From Tubiluchus corallicola (taxonomy: Eukaryota; Animalia; Priapulida): a stretch of DNA of 64,000 nt. The notes under the pieces were generated by a model. The model made no database searches. It was given only the letters and a program-made list of their open reading frames with translations, and was not told the origin of the DNA. The position numbers and the translations under genes are program-made. The stretch is from assembly GCA_030141605.1 (NCBI GenBank), contig JAQGDQ010000972.1:1-64000 (forward strand), in the 5' to 3' direction. Numbering within the stretch: position 1 is the first letter of the stretch; each line of letters starts with the position of its first letter. This document shows, in pieces, positions 34,765-49,134 of the stretch.

Positions 34765-34845
34765 TCTGCTTAGTCTCTGAAGTTAAGCTATCCTTGACCT
34801 GGTTAGTAAATGATAGCTGACCACCCGGAAAACCCTCGTGCTTCC
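34765..34845 (+). repeat. 5S rRNA-derived SINE-like fragment
   Basis: ctgaagttaagcta...gacctggttagta...tgaccacccggaaaaccctcgtgct parallels the 5S 3' half. Confidence 0.55.
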
Positions 34846-37269
34846 TGGACAGTTTCAACTACCCTGTTATCTGGCTATAGGTACTCTATCATTTTGAGTG
34901 ATGCTACATTTACAGAAACACTTCTGTCATCAACGTCTTTTATATTATAGCTACATTCTGATCCCGTTACAATAATCGACGTAATAATTATGTCCTGCCG
35001 TTATTGCTGGATACCATCATAGTTTCTTGAACAGTATAAGAAAGCTTTCAGGAAGCTGTAATTTTACATAAAAATCATTTTTGACAAAAAATTTAGTACA
35101 AAATTTTGTGGCGTGTCTTTTGAGACGCCAGACGTTGTTATAAAGAAAATTTGTAAATATAATAGGTATGAAGATATAAAGATATTCTGAGCCGCATTTG
35201 AGTCGGGTGCCTCCTGTAATCGACCAAGGAAGTTTACGATTTCTCGAACTTGATCAAAGACCATGATCTAAAACCCTCACAATTCGGAAAGAAAGCTGTA
35301 TTTGTTATGGTATTAATGGTAAATACTAATTCGAAATCAACAAGTTAAGCGCAGACGACTTATTTGCATGTGGGCAAATGTTGTTGGTGAAGTCTCACAT
35401 TAAAGAACGCAGAAACTATGTGCGAAGTTCGGACGCAGACTGTTTCTGCGAAATGTTACGGTTCAGATAAATAATTTTTGCAAAACTATCAAAAATCAGG
35501 ACACAATTGATTGCAGTTAACATAAGAAAAAATGTTTTTTGCTCTTTCCACCACCAAATTTGGTTTGAATGCTCAATTGTTTTCTGGTCCCTTGACCAGA
35601 CTAATCTAATCTAATCTAACCCAATTCTAAACTAAATAAAAGCAACAAAAACGAAACAAGTGCAATCCAGTCCAATCTAATCAAACCAGCCTAATATAAT
35701 TTATATAGAAACCTATCAGAGTGCAATAACTTCTTCCCCAGGATCCAGGGTGATTTTTTTAAAGAGATATGCTTTGCAATGGTCTGTTTGAAAACCAGAT
35801 AAAAGTCAACTTATGACTTTAATTAATGTTTTTCTCTGGAAACGTCAGAATCAAAGATATTTTACACGTGCCTAATACATATTGAGACATTAAGTAATGA
35901 GTCTGGATATTTTGTCGCTAGAGAACAGATGATAAAAACTTGGTATCCCAGAAATTAAAATTTTTAGTAACCTAAAAATTTGTTGCTGTTTGTGACCGGG
36001 CATTTGGTAACCATTACTCTTGAAGTATAAACTTGCTTTTAACTTGATAACCTGGTTAACTTGCGACTCAGACATTTCGTGTCCCAAAATTTCTTACCTG
36101 TATGGACACTTAGTCGTTATTGATCTATATAGAAATTTTGGTAATCTATATCGAACTTTGGACACTCGCATATTTAGTAAGTGGATATTTGGTAGCTGTA
36201 CTTAATTGAACGTTGTAATATTCGGATCCTTGATTATTTGGACGCTTGATGAAGCGGATATTTGGCATCTCAGTTACCAAGCAAAGTGGCGAGCTACCAT
36301 TTTTATAGTATCGAAATGTTTACGAAAAAAACGTAAATTTTGATGTTTAATTTGATGCTAATTTTCAAATCAGACTTCTTACCGCGACTGTTTTCTTTCA
36401 CGAAAGTGTACAGAAACTTTCATGCTACCAAAAGAAGAGCAACTGGTTTCAAATGGTTATATATACAAAAATGTAAAGCAAATTTTAAAGCTTCGGTGAA
36501 AAAATGACGGATTTTCACTTTTCAAGATAGATGTAAATATGCTGGTTTTGATTACTGTTTCGCTTGCATATCAATCTGTACTGTATAGTTATTAATTTTC
36601 AGATGAACGTACAGCGCTCTATAAAATAGGCAAATTTAGCGATTACAAAACGAGCAAAGCTGTATTCACATTTTCGCCAAAGCGGAAACAAGCACGGTAA
36701 TGGCAACAGGCGTGAACGAATAAGCCTGAATATCATTTTCGTCATTATAATGTGGTAACTGCTGCGCGAGGTGATAATAAAATGTTTCAGCATCTGATGT
36801 AAAATAGATAATAAAATTGTTTACCGCATACTAAACTGACGCAAACACTCATCACCATCCAACTGGCTAATAATTGTGACGTCATGCACTGCATTCTGTT
36901 AAGAAATGATGGGTTCACAAAAGACTTTGCGATGACTGAAAAAACTTCGCAAAAGACTGAAGCACTACAAACGTTTGTTACGTAATCTTTTCCTCTTGTT
37001 ATGTTGTGTGTTCAGCATATATGCACCGTGTAATTATTGTTTTTTCTAAGAGATGCAACAGTTCTGCGTCAACCGGCCAGTCATGCACGTTCTCAACTGA
37101 CTCACACGCAACTTGGCTGTCAGTCTGAGTTGCACGATGAAGCCAGTCGAATTTTACATGCGTGGGCGCTCTTTGGAGGTGGGCAGATTACTTAACTAGA
37201 AAGATAATTGCATCATTAATATTCCGTCTCTACTATTACTTCGATTGGCCCTGAATATAATCACTGTAA

Positions 37270-37286
37270 CCATCATCATCGCCGTC

Positions 37287-37339
<53 letters not shown>

Positions 37340-37340
37340 C
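37270..37340. repeat. (CAT)n microsatellite, followed by a T-rich low-complexity tract to about 37685
   Basis: Directly visible. Confidence 0.93.
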
Positions 37341-39468
37341 CAGTTCACACCATAATCGTCAATGTCACAACAACCATATACCAGAAACTATTATTGGTAT
37401 TTCTTATTCTCCCATTTTTTTAAAATTTTTGGCTTCATTCTTCTTTTCTTTTTAGCTTTTGCTTTTCATAATTTCATTCATTACTTTCGTCAGCTTTTTG
37501 TCTTTTTTCTCTTCTTCATTCCATTATCGCTTTTATTTTCATTGTCTTTAGTGCTCTTATTCTTTTTTTCGTTCATTTTGTTTTTTATTTTTTTCGGTGT
37601 TCTTCCTTTTCTACATTTACCATTTATGTGTTTTTGGTTGCCTCTTTTCCCTCTCCTTTTCACTTTTGCTTTTATTTCTTTATCATAAATTATCTGCTCA
37701 GTTTTAAGCGCATTCAGCTGTTTAAACATCTGCTTCAAAGACTAAGTTGGAAATCAGTATAATTTTCCATTGCAAAAACACCATTTTTTGTCTCAACATG
37801 CAAAGGCTTTTACAAGTTAATGCATCAGCAAAACTTCTAAACAGTTTTCTGCTTTTAATAAAGCCCAGGCCGACCTTGATTAGGCTACATTGCTTGTCCA
37901 AATGGCAACTGGGTGAATTACAATTCAATCAGTAGTTGCCTGCATTACAATTCAATCAGTTATGTAGGACTTCATTGCCATTATATTGGCTTTTGATCTT
38001 TGGAATATATCTCCGCTTCTGAGACATCTAATAATGTTGTCCATGTTAAATATAATTTTATTACCTTAACCACTATTACGAAATTATTTATCGTGTTAGT
38101 GCTGGCCTGCTGCTGTACCCACAATGCAGCTTGCAAATACTAGTTCGTGTAGATTAATTACGTTCATCATCATCGTCGTCGTCGTCGTTGTTTGATGGGA
38201 GAGAAGTCAAACCTACCCATCATAAATGAGCTAGTCTTGGCGCGCAATAATGGAGCAAAGAGGGCGACATTATTCCACCAAGCACTAATTACTGCAGTTA
38301 TAAACGCGAACCTTGTCTTATATAATTATGCACACAAGTACAATGAGTTATTGACAGAACTGACAAAATACACAATTAGCCGTGGCCGCTAAATGCCAGC
38401 CAGGTAGTTACTTAAGAGGATTTTCTTGCTTTTGTTCATGCAGGTTAAATTAATCCATTTTCACAGTGATTTTGCGTATGAAAGTGTAAAGGTGTTTTTA
38501 AACAAAAATGTGCGCCGTTTCGTGCAATAATGAAAGCACAATTTAGCAAAATTGTTAAAAGAGCCGGTAAGAAAATGTTATTTAAAAGGGAACAAAAAAG
38601 GTATATCGCTAAGAACTTTCCATACGCTACGCTGAAAAAGTAAAGTTTTAATAATATAAGTACAACCTGCTAAAACTGCATTGTTTTGCTATCCCAGTAT
38701 GCACCACTGATACACTAAAAAAACAAATTGATCTTATTGGCAACATAAAGTAATTTAAACTTAGTTAGTGAAGAGTGTGCTACGAATGCCGTGATTATTT
38801 TTTCAAACTTTGCGCATTGTTATCTAAACTTGTTTCAAAGGACTTACCATCATAATGGCTGCGACTTAACGGTCATTACGTGAGTTTAAATTTCAAGTTT
38901 TATAAGACAGTACGTAGGTGATGGAAAATTTTAAGACGAATTTTATCAGACATCTTTTATTATTATTCTGCACGTGTTTGTCCTACTAAGGGCGTCATCA
39001 TAGCAAAACATAACATTATTCACCAAAACATAGTCATACGAAAGTTACACAGGCTGTGTACTGAGCATGGTTTTTAGTTTTATGTAAGAGTCTTCATGAG
39101 CTTTAACCATTTCACTTCTTCATTCATGTCATCTGTTCTTCGCGCTAATATGGCTTCTTTGTCTGAATGCGTGCAATTTCATCGCATCCGGCTTATTTAT
39201 AAAACTGTTTAATTTGAGGGAGGGAGAGAATAAGAAAGAAGGCGAGAGACAGATTTTTATTTACTTATTTACAATCGTTATTAATAAAAACATCTGTATA
39301 GGTAGGAAATCAATTAACACTTCGGTGAATTTCTGATTTAGTTTGAGTTCTGTCAAGTTAACAAGGTCATGTAAAACGTTTTGAACAACGTAAGTACTTG
39401 TTAAATTGAATTATGGATTATTTAATGTTATAAATTTACTCGTCTGTTCCTTCTTTTACTAAAGTTAA

Positions 39469-39469
<1 letters not shown>

Positions 39470-39511
<42 letters not shown>

Positions 39512-39536
39512 GAGAGAGAAAGAGGGAGAGAGAGAG

Positions 39537-39624
<88 letters not shown>
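39470..39624. repeat. (GA)n microsatellite
   Basis: Directly visible. Confidence 0.97.
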
Positions 39625-39627
<3 letters not shown>

Positions 39628-42600
39628 TTATTGCTACATTTTAAGATTTTCAATGGTCATTACTTGTCAAACTCGGTTATTTTAATTAAGAGTAGAAAAA
39701 GAAACGTACATCGTTTACGTAAAGATAATAACGTTTATATAAAATCATTATGTACATTCGTGATAACATATGCATCAAAGAACGTTATTGCCAGGTTCAC
39801 CACTGCAAACTGCGGTGCGCAAAAATTTTACTAATTTCATGTGTTACAAAAATGGGCACATGATACATACGATACATACATGATACACACGTGTACATAC
39901 AATCAGAAATTGCAGATATACGTTTATTTTTTAAGTTTGTTTAGACCAAAGCTCAGCAATTGACTTTACCGATATGTTCATCATTTTAAGTTCGATAAAA
40001 TTGACTAAAAATTAAAGTTCAATTAACACGACATAGTTAATGAGGAATTCTTGCTACTCTTAGTGGTCTTATTCTGATGTACAGAAGTTCATTAAAATCC
40101 AGCACAATCGAAATTCCTTAAGCTCTGACGCTTACAGAGTTTCAATACACGTTATGTTGAAGGCTTATATAAAGAAAAACATTGTTTAAAAATAAATGAT
40201 ATTGTTCATCAATTACATCTTTCGTGAATTGTTTGAAGTCAGATACATCAGTTTTATAAAACACTAATATCAGAATATATATGACTTTGCTAATTAGTTC
40301 TAAGCATATTAAGATGTTATTCACATTTTTAATAACGTAAGGAGCCTTGATAATTAAGTAGTTGATACAGATCTTTTCAATTCATAATTCTCAATGGAAC
40401 TTGGTCACATTGATTAAAAGATCATATTTTAATTATTCATATTGTCGCCTTGCTGTTTCGTGTTGTTGTTTCAGACGCTTGATGTGAGTGCTGCTGTTTT
40501 ATTTATGAAATCCATCAGCTAAACTGACTTTTTCTAAAAACACTTTAGAGTTTCGAAGTTTAGAAAAAGATCAGGCAAGCGTCATTAAGACGCAAGAAAA
40601 TTGAGGAAACAACCACTCAGATCAATTCGTTTTTTACAGACGTTTTGTGCGTGATGTTGGGTAATTAAAGTTACAGAGCTTAGTTAACCCTTTCATAGTG
40701 AAAGCAATAGGAACTATCTAATAATAACAATCTGTTGCAGCAGTATCAAGCGTAAGCTCATCTGCTTGAAGTTAGTTGATGAACATTAATTCTGCCAAAT
40801 TTAAACGATTGCTAACGCTTGTGTTATATCGAACTTAATTAACAAGGGTTCAAGATTAACCCTTGTGGGACGCCAAGCTTAATAATTAATCAGAGGGACG
40901 GTATTTAACGGGTTAAACCTTCTCATGGGTACGAAGCTATTCAGACCGCAATAAATGCGTTAAAATCTATTGCTTCTTGTAAAAAGAGATTAGAAAATTT
41001 CGTCTAAATCAATTTGTTCGACATCGTGGGTTTGGAGCGTGAGAGGAGTAGAATATGAGACGGGTACATTGGAAATGGTTTGCTTAGAATGTTCATCACG
41101 AAACTAGAATAACACAAGACACGCTGTTTTTCTTTGTAATTTTCAAACTTCGTTACGAAAGCACTGAATTTATTACGACACTGCGTTATGTGACAAGTAG
41201 AGTGTTACGTTCCTAACACTGCTTTTATTGCGTTCGACGCGAAGTAGTTTTGTTGTTAACTGTCAGTTACCGAATTACGTAAATTATTTTTACCGCTCGT
41301 TGTACGATTTATTCGAGTTAGGAAGGCTCGAATCGATGCGGGAGTTTAGTGGCAACGAACTTCCGAAAATCAAATATGGACTTTGGTACACAAATCTCAA
41401 ACGTACATAAGCAAAATGGGGTTTAAATAAACAAGAAAACATTCGTATCAAAAGAGACTAAAGTATTACACACAATGCATATTATTGTTGTGCTAACTAG
41501 TAATCAATAATAATAAACAAAACCCGTAAGTCGTAATTGCTGTTCAGAACAGAGTTTAGTGTTTAAACCTGCTTTTCTGTTTAAACTAACTTTAGTGTTG
41601 TAACAATGGATTGATTTTCAAACCAAATTTAATTCATCGAAGCTGTAGAGATAGACGAGCACAAACAGGTTAACTGCACAAACGTGTTACAAATACAGAG
41701 CAGTTAGCTCTAAGGTAGCATAGGGACCTCTACTTTCCCTATGTTTGTCAATGTTATCCATTATGTTGTAAATTGAGGATTAATGTTGTAAATGAAGTGA
41801 AATTACGTAAAGTAAAATATGAGATTCTACTATTAAATTCAAGATTACTTGTCTTAGATTGTATTTTTAGTTCCAGACAACAGAGTTGCGAGTGACAATT
41901 TTGTCCTTAAAACGAAATTAACTCCAATTCACATGTATCCTATGGACAGCTATGGACGCAGGGCACGAGTTGACAAATTTTGCTTAACTTTTTGCTCTTC
42001 CACTTTTTATACCTACATGCACCTGTTCTTTATGAATACCAGAACAAGGTACTTATTCATGATTGTTTGCACATCAGATCACACGCTTCAGGCACCTCTG
42101 ATGATGAAAGGTATTGTAAGCAATGCCAAGATTGATCTAATTCAGTTCATACAGGTGTGTATTGCTGGGTATTTCACCTGCATCCGCACGCAACGTTGAA
42201 CGTAGGCTGCTGTAATTCTATTAAAAATTATTAACATAAGCAGTATAGTAATTTGCACAGGTTTTCTGGCAGGCATTCACCAAAAATAAAGAATATTAGT
42301 TTATGAAAATCGATGCGTCATAATAAATTCTACAAATGGGTTACAACCATCGGGGACTGACTGGTATTTGCAAGGTAGTTATGCGAATTTTTGCCAAACA
42401 TATGTGTGAAATCACACCAAATAATAACTTATCACATTTTGTCATATTGAGATTAATTTTTTTCCAAATTTGGGTGACAACCTTTCATAACATTTCGGTA
42501 AATTTATCGTATTCTTCTGCAATTGCAAGGCTCCTAGCATTTTATATTAATGAAAGGAGAGCCCTAAAAGATTCTCGTTGCAGCTTTGGTTTAATTTTCA

Positions 42601-42650
42601 CCAGTATCTTGCAACACAGGCTCAATAAATACTAGAAGTTATGTCTGTTA

Positions 42651-44423
42651 TCACACAAGCGTCTCTAAAACATACGCCATCTCTTCACTACTGTGCAATG
42701 AACTCAGCCCAGTATCTGATGAATTACTATCATTATCACTCATCACTCTAGATTTGGCAAATTGCGCACCGTATGAAGTTGAGTCACAGATTTCTAATTC
42801 GTCGGAAAAGGAGACTCTTTTCTCGATAGGAGACACATCATAAATGGCTTCATAATTATTTGAGTTGGTTGCACAATTTGGTGTAACAGCACCATTTTCT
42901 GAATGGGGCATATATTTGTGGACCATACGAGAAGTTGAGGTTATTGGTTTGCACCAAAGTGAGATTTGTTGTTGATTGTCGTTGTCGTCAACACTGCTGT
43001 CACCGTCACTGCTCGACTCGCGATGATATTGTGACACGTGATATACTCCGCAGTCAAGGTCATCATCATTCTCACATGCCGAGTCATTATCATCATTGCG
43101 GACACATGCTGAGACATCTACTACATCAACCTGTCCTTCTTCACAACCTGATTCACCAAGTTCTTCTATAGGTTCAAGAACAGACAAGTGACTCATCAAA
43201 TATTCAAAAAATTGCTCCTTTTGCCTGAGTTCGCACTCGTGTTGTTTGATCTGAGATGCCATTTCTTCTGAAAGGAGCTCCTGCTCTAATCGCAGATCGA
43301 CACTTTTTTGTATCTGCTCCTGAATTGTGTTAAACTCACGATCAATAATACTTTCATTTGAATGCGGAGCTGCTTCATCTAGATTCGTTGTTTCATCCAA
43401 TATCTGAGTGGATATATCGTGTACTGATTCTTCACACTCAACAATTCTTTTGTTTATCTCGATCAGGCCTTCACACATCTGCACGTAGTCGCGCAATTCT
43501 GACGACGTCATATTGCAAACAGCACTGTCGTCACTGTCATCAGTAAAATCACTGAGGTACGTGTCTTGCAGATAGTTCTTTCCATCCTGCTGCATACGAC
43601 AGTGATGAGTTCTTGTCTCATAAAGTTCGATTTGCACGTCTAATTCGTGAAGTCGACTTTGTTGTTCGCGGATTCTTTGATCCTGGGTTATAATACACTG
43701 GACCAAGTGTTCCAATCTACGAGCGCTTTTGTCATTGTCACCTTTCCCGCGAACTTTCGAAATATCTGTTTTTCTTACTTCAATGTCTAACCTACTCTCA
43801 GATGAACTTCGTCTGTTATTGGCAGTCTTTTCATCACTCGGTCTTTTTCCGGGTAAAACTTCAACCGAACTTTGTCGCTTAACCCGAGAAGGTTTATTCA
43901 TAGAGTTTAACTTTTTATCACAGGTAGGTTTTTCACTATTTTTTGGAGAATCTTCCCAAGTAACGCTGCGCTCTTTGCGAGTAGTTTTATTTCTAGAGCT
44001 TTTATCAGTTCTAGAGGACTTCACTACGCACTTCTCAAGTAGCGAATTTTTCTCAGGATCAGAGTCTTCACTGGATTTCCCGTTTCGAGATCTCTTCTTT
44101 GACTTGCGGAATTTCATTTTAGAACGCGACCGCGTGTACGTTGTAGACGAAAGTTTCTTCAGAGTAAATCGGACGTTTTTCTGTTCGACACCCCACGCCT
44201 TCCATATCCGGAGCAACTTGCTCCGACCGGGTAGATGTTTTTCCACGTCTCGCCACTGTTCAAATAGCGCATACGTGTTTGGGTTAAACTCAATCCGATG
44301 TTCCTTATTTTCTCGCTTTAGCAGAGCATAGACGATTTCATCACAGGTCGTATGACGCGTGACACCAGCCAGGTGCTTCTCTCGGCCGCCGAACCAGACC
44401 GTTATCCCGACATGCGAGCTCAT
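42651..44423 (-). CDS. RASSF10: N-terminal Ras-association domain protein, RASSF9/RASSF10 (Meru-like), 590 aa, single coding exon
   Basis: N-terminal RA domain ITVWFGGREKHLAGVTRHTTCDEIVYALL...YALFEQWRDVEKHLPGRSKLLRIWKAWGVEQKNVRFTL. Central coiled coil with GKNYLQDTYL. C-terminal SDTGLSSLHS and PDZ-type ETLV. In-frame TAG directly before the ATG, and a splice acceptor at 44437-44438 (5' UTR intron). Confidence 0.88.
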   Translation of the reverse strand: MSSHVGITVWFGGREKHLAGVTRHTTCDEIVYALLKRENKEHRIEFNPNTYALFEQWRDVEKHLPGRSKLLRIWKAWGVEQKNVRFTLKKLSSTTYTRSRSKMKFRKSKKRSRNGKSSEDSDPEKNSLLEKCVVKSSRTDKSSRNKTTRKERSVTWEDSPKNSEKPTCDKKLNSMNKPSRVKRQSSVEVLPGKRPSDEKTANNRRSSSESRLDIEVRKTDISKVRGKGDNDKSARRLEHLVQCIITQDQRIREQQSRLHELDVQIELYETRTHHCRMQQDGKNYLQDTYLSDFTDDSDDSAVCNMTSSELRDYVQMCEGLIEINKRIVECEESVHDISTQILDETTNLDEAAPHSNESIIDREFNTIQEQIQKSVDLRLEQELLSEEMASQIKQHECELRQKEQFFEYLMSHLSVLEPIEELGESGCEEGQVDVVDVSACVRNDDNDSACENDDDLDCGVYHVSQYHRESSSDGDSSVDDNDNQQQISLWCKPITSTSRMVHKYMPHSENGAVTPNCATNSNNYEAIYDVSPIEKRVSFSDELEICDSTSYGAQFAKSRVMSDNDSNSSDTGLSSLHSSEEMAYVLETLV

Positions 44424-47400
44424 CTAAACATCTGATCTGTAAAAAAAGAAAAAAGCATGAAGCAATTAGCGCAGGTAATAATGCAGTTCATTATACGGAT
44501 GGGGTGGAAAGTGTGTCAGACAGAGAAATTGCTGTATTCGTCCCCGCGCATGCAAAAGCACAATACAGATGACAGGATAATTGCAGGACAAATAGACTTG
44601 GAATCAGCAGATAGGAATGCTGATAAGATAAAGAATAAAGCTTTTTTAAGTCAGCCTTTGATGTCAAGTAAAAGACTACAGGATCAGCGTAATAATGATC
44701 AGGACCGCAATAATGTTCGCTGCCGTTCCTCAAACGAGTTCGAAGAACCTTGAGGACACATGTAACTCAAGGTAATCTTCATTTTAACATCCGCCATAAA
44801 AAGCCACAATATTAATTTAAATCAATCTATGACACCGCCATAAATTCAACAACCGAGAAAAGAAACATTGTAACTTCCAACTGCCACTGTACGTGCTGTT
44901 TAAGAAAAGGCAAGGCGATAATAACGCATTAAAGCAGTTAGCTAGAGTGAGTCTATGAAATGTTATAGACTGTGTAACGATGAAAAGAGAAATTCCAGTA
45001 ATGAGCACGTATAATCTTTTTTTATAGTCCAACTTTTAAATATATTGTTTACAGCTTAGAAAATACGTCTTTACATCAAGAATAAAAAAAATTGAATTCT
45101 CTTTCGTAGTTTCAAAACATCTTTTTTGTAATGATGAAAAGAGTTGACGACGATAAGCATTTAATTCTTGAATGTAACTATTACAATGCTTTAAGAAATA
45201 GCTTGTATTTCCCCAAACTTTATGAATCTAACAGTACAGGAAAAGTTTGTACTTCTGATGAATGAAATGGATTTTGAACTTGGAAACTTAGTTTCAAAGT
45301 ACACCACAGACTGTTTTGAAAGAAGGAAAATAAAAGCTTAATCACAGAAAATCATATTCATCTGACAGCAATAACACATTATTGTAATTATGTTATTTTT
45401 GTAAACTGTCAACTTTCAAAACTGTGAACTTTTTAACCTGTGACGATTATAATCAACTTGTGTGATTAGTGATTTTTTATGTACATTGTATTGTATATTG
45501 TATTGTATTGTTCGTCGATAAACTTTAATATTTAGTCGGAAGCTTTCATCAGCTGAAATGACTATAATGAAAACATGCGCTATTTGCTACCCGAAAGGTT
45601 TTTTGGGTCTTTTATGTTTAAAGTTTTAAGTCTTTAGTATTCACATACACAGCTTTGCAAAGTTGCCATTATAGATTATAAATATTTAAAAATCTCTACA
45701 AACTGTTTCGTAGACGCTTTTGTGTATGAAGACAGTTGGCCTAGAAGCGAAATTTAAACAATAAGTAATATACTTTTAGATAATTCGATAATACACATTT
45801 CAGGACTGCCAGCACACTGCCGAGGTTAAGGCGGGACCAAAATCTCATTACCAAAGACAAAGATAAAACACTTAGCCGACGAAAATGTTTTAGCAATAGT
45901 TGGAAGAAAAATATCTCAAGCAGTATTTATGATAGTCATTAATCTATTTTCTGAACAGGTTTGGCGCTGCATAACTTTTGCAGACAAATTCACACTGTAA
46001 CTACTCGGCAATAAATTCACTTTATATGAAATGTGTTTTTTTCAGCAATAAACGGGGGCTATGTAAATTAGTTCACGCTGTAGGCGTGAAACAAAGAAGT
46101 GAAAGCTCTACAAAAGGATGTTAATCCTCACAACTTTTCATGTTATACTGTACTAAGGCTTTCTATCGACGATTAGGTCTCATTCTAAAAACTTTAGAAA
46201 TGTACAATGCACTGGGGGTTAGGTAATTGCTTGTTGAAAGAGTCCAGGGGAAGAATTAGTCTAACAATGTAATTGCACCGGTGTGCGAGAAATTCAAAAG
46301 TAAAAAATGACAATAAACATCCTGACCTAATAACTTGATCGCTCTGGATTCCTTTGGTAATTACGCTTTCTTTATGTTGTCAGAACAAAAACAGACAAAA
46401 AAGATAGCGTTTGCATGCGCTGTTTTCTGCACACACCTGCGTTTGCATGTAGATTTCACTTTTTTATACGCATTGTGCGACTCTACATGTTAGACTCCAG
46501 CACTCAGTCACAGACCTTAATCTTAATGGTTGTGAACAGACCGAAACATTGCCCATTATTAAGGTTAATGTTTTAAGATAAGATACTGACCGTCAAAGAT
46601 GTTTTAGTAACATTTCTATATGGATCGAGGTAAATACCTTAACGAGGTGAACAGCCAAAATCGGTATGGTGAATAAAACGAGCACTGAATACAGACAATC
46701 ACAAACCGTTCACTGACTATCGTCAGCGCTGCTTAACTTTGATGGCTAAACGTACATCGTCACCATTTTGTTATACCATGATACCATCGTCACCAGATAC
46801 CATGAAATATCCTGAAAAAGGATGTTCGTGTTTCCAGAAATTTTAATTTCCAAATCACAGATGATACATTTCTAAATACTTTCTGACTAACTGCGTGCTG
46901 ACTGAGAATTCAGACCTGCTTGGGCTAACATCTCAAGTCACTATCTCTATTCGTCTGAAACCACAAAGGTTCTGGATTCGAATCCTTTTTTCAGAGTCAT
47001 CGTCCTTTTCAAATTAGACTGTTGATTAGAGTTGTTTATTGGCGAAATTGTCGAGAAGACTTTGCAAGCCCCATGATGGATGATTATGAGGTCTTTAGAA
47101 AATAGTTGCTCGCCACTGGAGTGTCTAAGCATCCCTCCCTTTATCAACTTTTTATCAATAATGCCAAACGTCTTCCTTAACACAAACCATTGCGATTGGG
47201 TTTTAGCAATTTGTTTTACGTTCAGATAAAATGCTCAACGTCATCGCTAAAGAAATTGGTTTCTAATTTTGAAAACGGACTGTGACCAAAGATCGTTGAA
47301 TCGAATGACCATACGATCGTGGAACTGCCACGATTGTTACTAAATGCTAATGTAATCATCGAAGATGTTCAGTTATCCCCGGACCTCGAAGTAAGTAATG

Positions 47401-47554
47401 CCACTTAAACCCCGTCCTGATAGCGGGGCCATAAACTCATCAAGAGAAATTAGAATTAAATCCAATAGTGAACCGTCCAAAACCCGTTATACTCACTTAT
47501 TCCACAACAATCAGCCCTAATCATTTATAATATCGCCATACATCTTTACTTTAT

Positions 47555-47740
47555 TCAGTAGAAAGTCATTGATGTCATTGTTAAGTATACTCTATAATCA
47601 ACGAATACTCTATGAAAAACTTGCTTAAAGTCAAGTGCGTCTACTATTGTAGAAGAAATGCATGATATAAAGTTATTATTAGGTATACGACAATAGCATA
47701 TCACCATTACTCTTTCGTGTGAAAGATAACTTATCACATT
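47555..47740 (-). mobile_element. Degenerate LINE RT fragment
   Basis: IVDALDFKQVFHRVFVDY and LNNDINDF resemble RT motifs (IxxALD...FxD; INDL). Confidence 0.3.
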
Positions 47741-48059
47741 TAAAAAGCATAAACGTGTATTTTAAAACTTTTACTGGGCCCTTATCTCATCATTACTATA
47801 TCCATCTGTCACCTATAAGTCTCTATTATCTCGATCTTTTTTTGGAAAAATTGGAAGCGTACGGCCATTTTTATTACTGCACTTTGTATGATTACTTTAA
47901 GATGTACAGGACAGAGGTATGTTTGCTTAACGTAACACCGAACCATTGATACTTAACATTGATACCACATAGAAAACACGAAAATAATTCTATTCCTGCT
48001 GCTGTTCATAATGACGACGCTGATGTGATGATAATGACGGACCATACTAACGCCGACGA

Positions 48060-48572
48060 TGTATTTAAATACATTAACAACATCAGCAAACCATTCCAGA
48101 ATAACAGATTTACCTTTTTTCCAAATCCTATCGTTAATTCCAGAACAGGCAATCTAAAACAAATTAGGACAAATACCCACTATGGAACGAACTCTGTAAT
48201 CAAATAAGCAATTTTACTTTGGAATTCTCTACCATTACAGGTTAAACAAATCAAGTCCCTATCAGCATTTAAAACAAAATTAAAATCACTAATATTAACC
48301 AGATATGAAATACCATCACACCAGTACGACAACATGCACACTAATTCAGAATTCATATACCCACGGCCATATTAATTAAATCATAGTTTTTTATATTTTT
48401 TTGTGTATAGTTGTAAATATGTTTGATTTTATTCGTCATTACTGCACAGTAGTTTAGATTGCACTGACGCATTTGCCTTCAGCAGTGTAAGTTTTTATTA
48501 ACTAACACTGATTGATTATCTCTGTAAAGTTTTTATCAGTGATTATCAATGTTTTTAATGGCAAATAAAGAT

Positions 48573-48576
<4 letters not shown>
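48060..48576 (+). mobile_element. CR1/L2/Crack-type LINE 3' end
   Basis: RTNTHYGTNSVIK*AILLWNSLPLQVKQIKSLSAFKTKLKSLIL (LWNxLP...FKxxLK motif), then a 3' UTR ending GGCAAATAAAGATTATT and (AT)n. Confidence 0.7.
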
Positions 48577-48608
<32 letters not shown>

Positions 48609-48739
48609 ATTACGACAACAACAATTGCAATGAAGATGTAATGACAGTAACAACAAAAATGACTACGATGTTTAATTGTAATGATAATGATAATGATGTG
48701 CTGCTGCTGTTGTCGATGGTAATCTATAATAATAACAAT

Positions 48740-48835
48740 AATATGGTGATGATGATATAGTGGTGACGACGATGACGATGATGATGAAGACGACGACGAC
48801 GACGACGATGATGAAGATGACGATGATAACGTATG
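48740..48835. repeat. (GAC/GAT)n trinucleotide tract
   Basis: Directly visible. Confidence 0.9.
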
Positions 48836-49134
48836 ACTGATATATATCACGACAACAATAAAATAATGTCGGCAACGACAATGATGAAGAATGATGGTAG
48901 TGTTGCTCCTACTGCCGCTGTTGCTATTAGAGAAGTAGAAAAAGCTCGTGACAATAATAATGATGACGATGGCAACGAAGATATCAATGAGTTAATGACG
49001 ATTTTGAAACAAGCTAGCTTGATCACAAAGTATAATAATGCCGCAGATATTCAGGTATTTTTCATTCCTACGTACAAAAGATAGAAATTTTGTCGATTTA
49101 ATTTAGTTACGGGCCTTGTCTATTTAAACGAATA

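Noticed and set aside
34765-34845. Functional 5S rRNA or tRNA genes (also 6150, 16250 and 54238)
   Set aside because: Partial and diverged; cannot form the full structures. Treated as SINE relics.
37362-37738. Phe-rich membrane-like and Lys-rich ORFs
   Set aside because: T-rich low-complexity DNA. The same applies to 14495-14689.
43729-44331. 200-aa plus-strand ORF
   Set aside because: Antisense shadow of the K/S/R-rich RASSF10 CDS.
45520-45575. Further hammerhead-like relic (minus strand AGTC..GAT-GAAAGCTT)
   Set aside because: CUGANGA core not recognisable; too degenerate to call.
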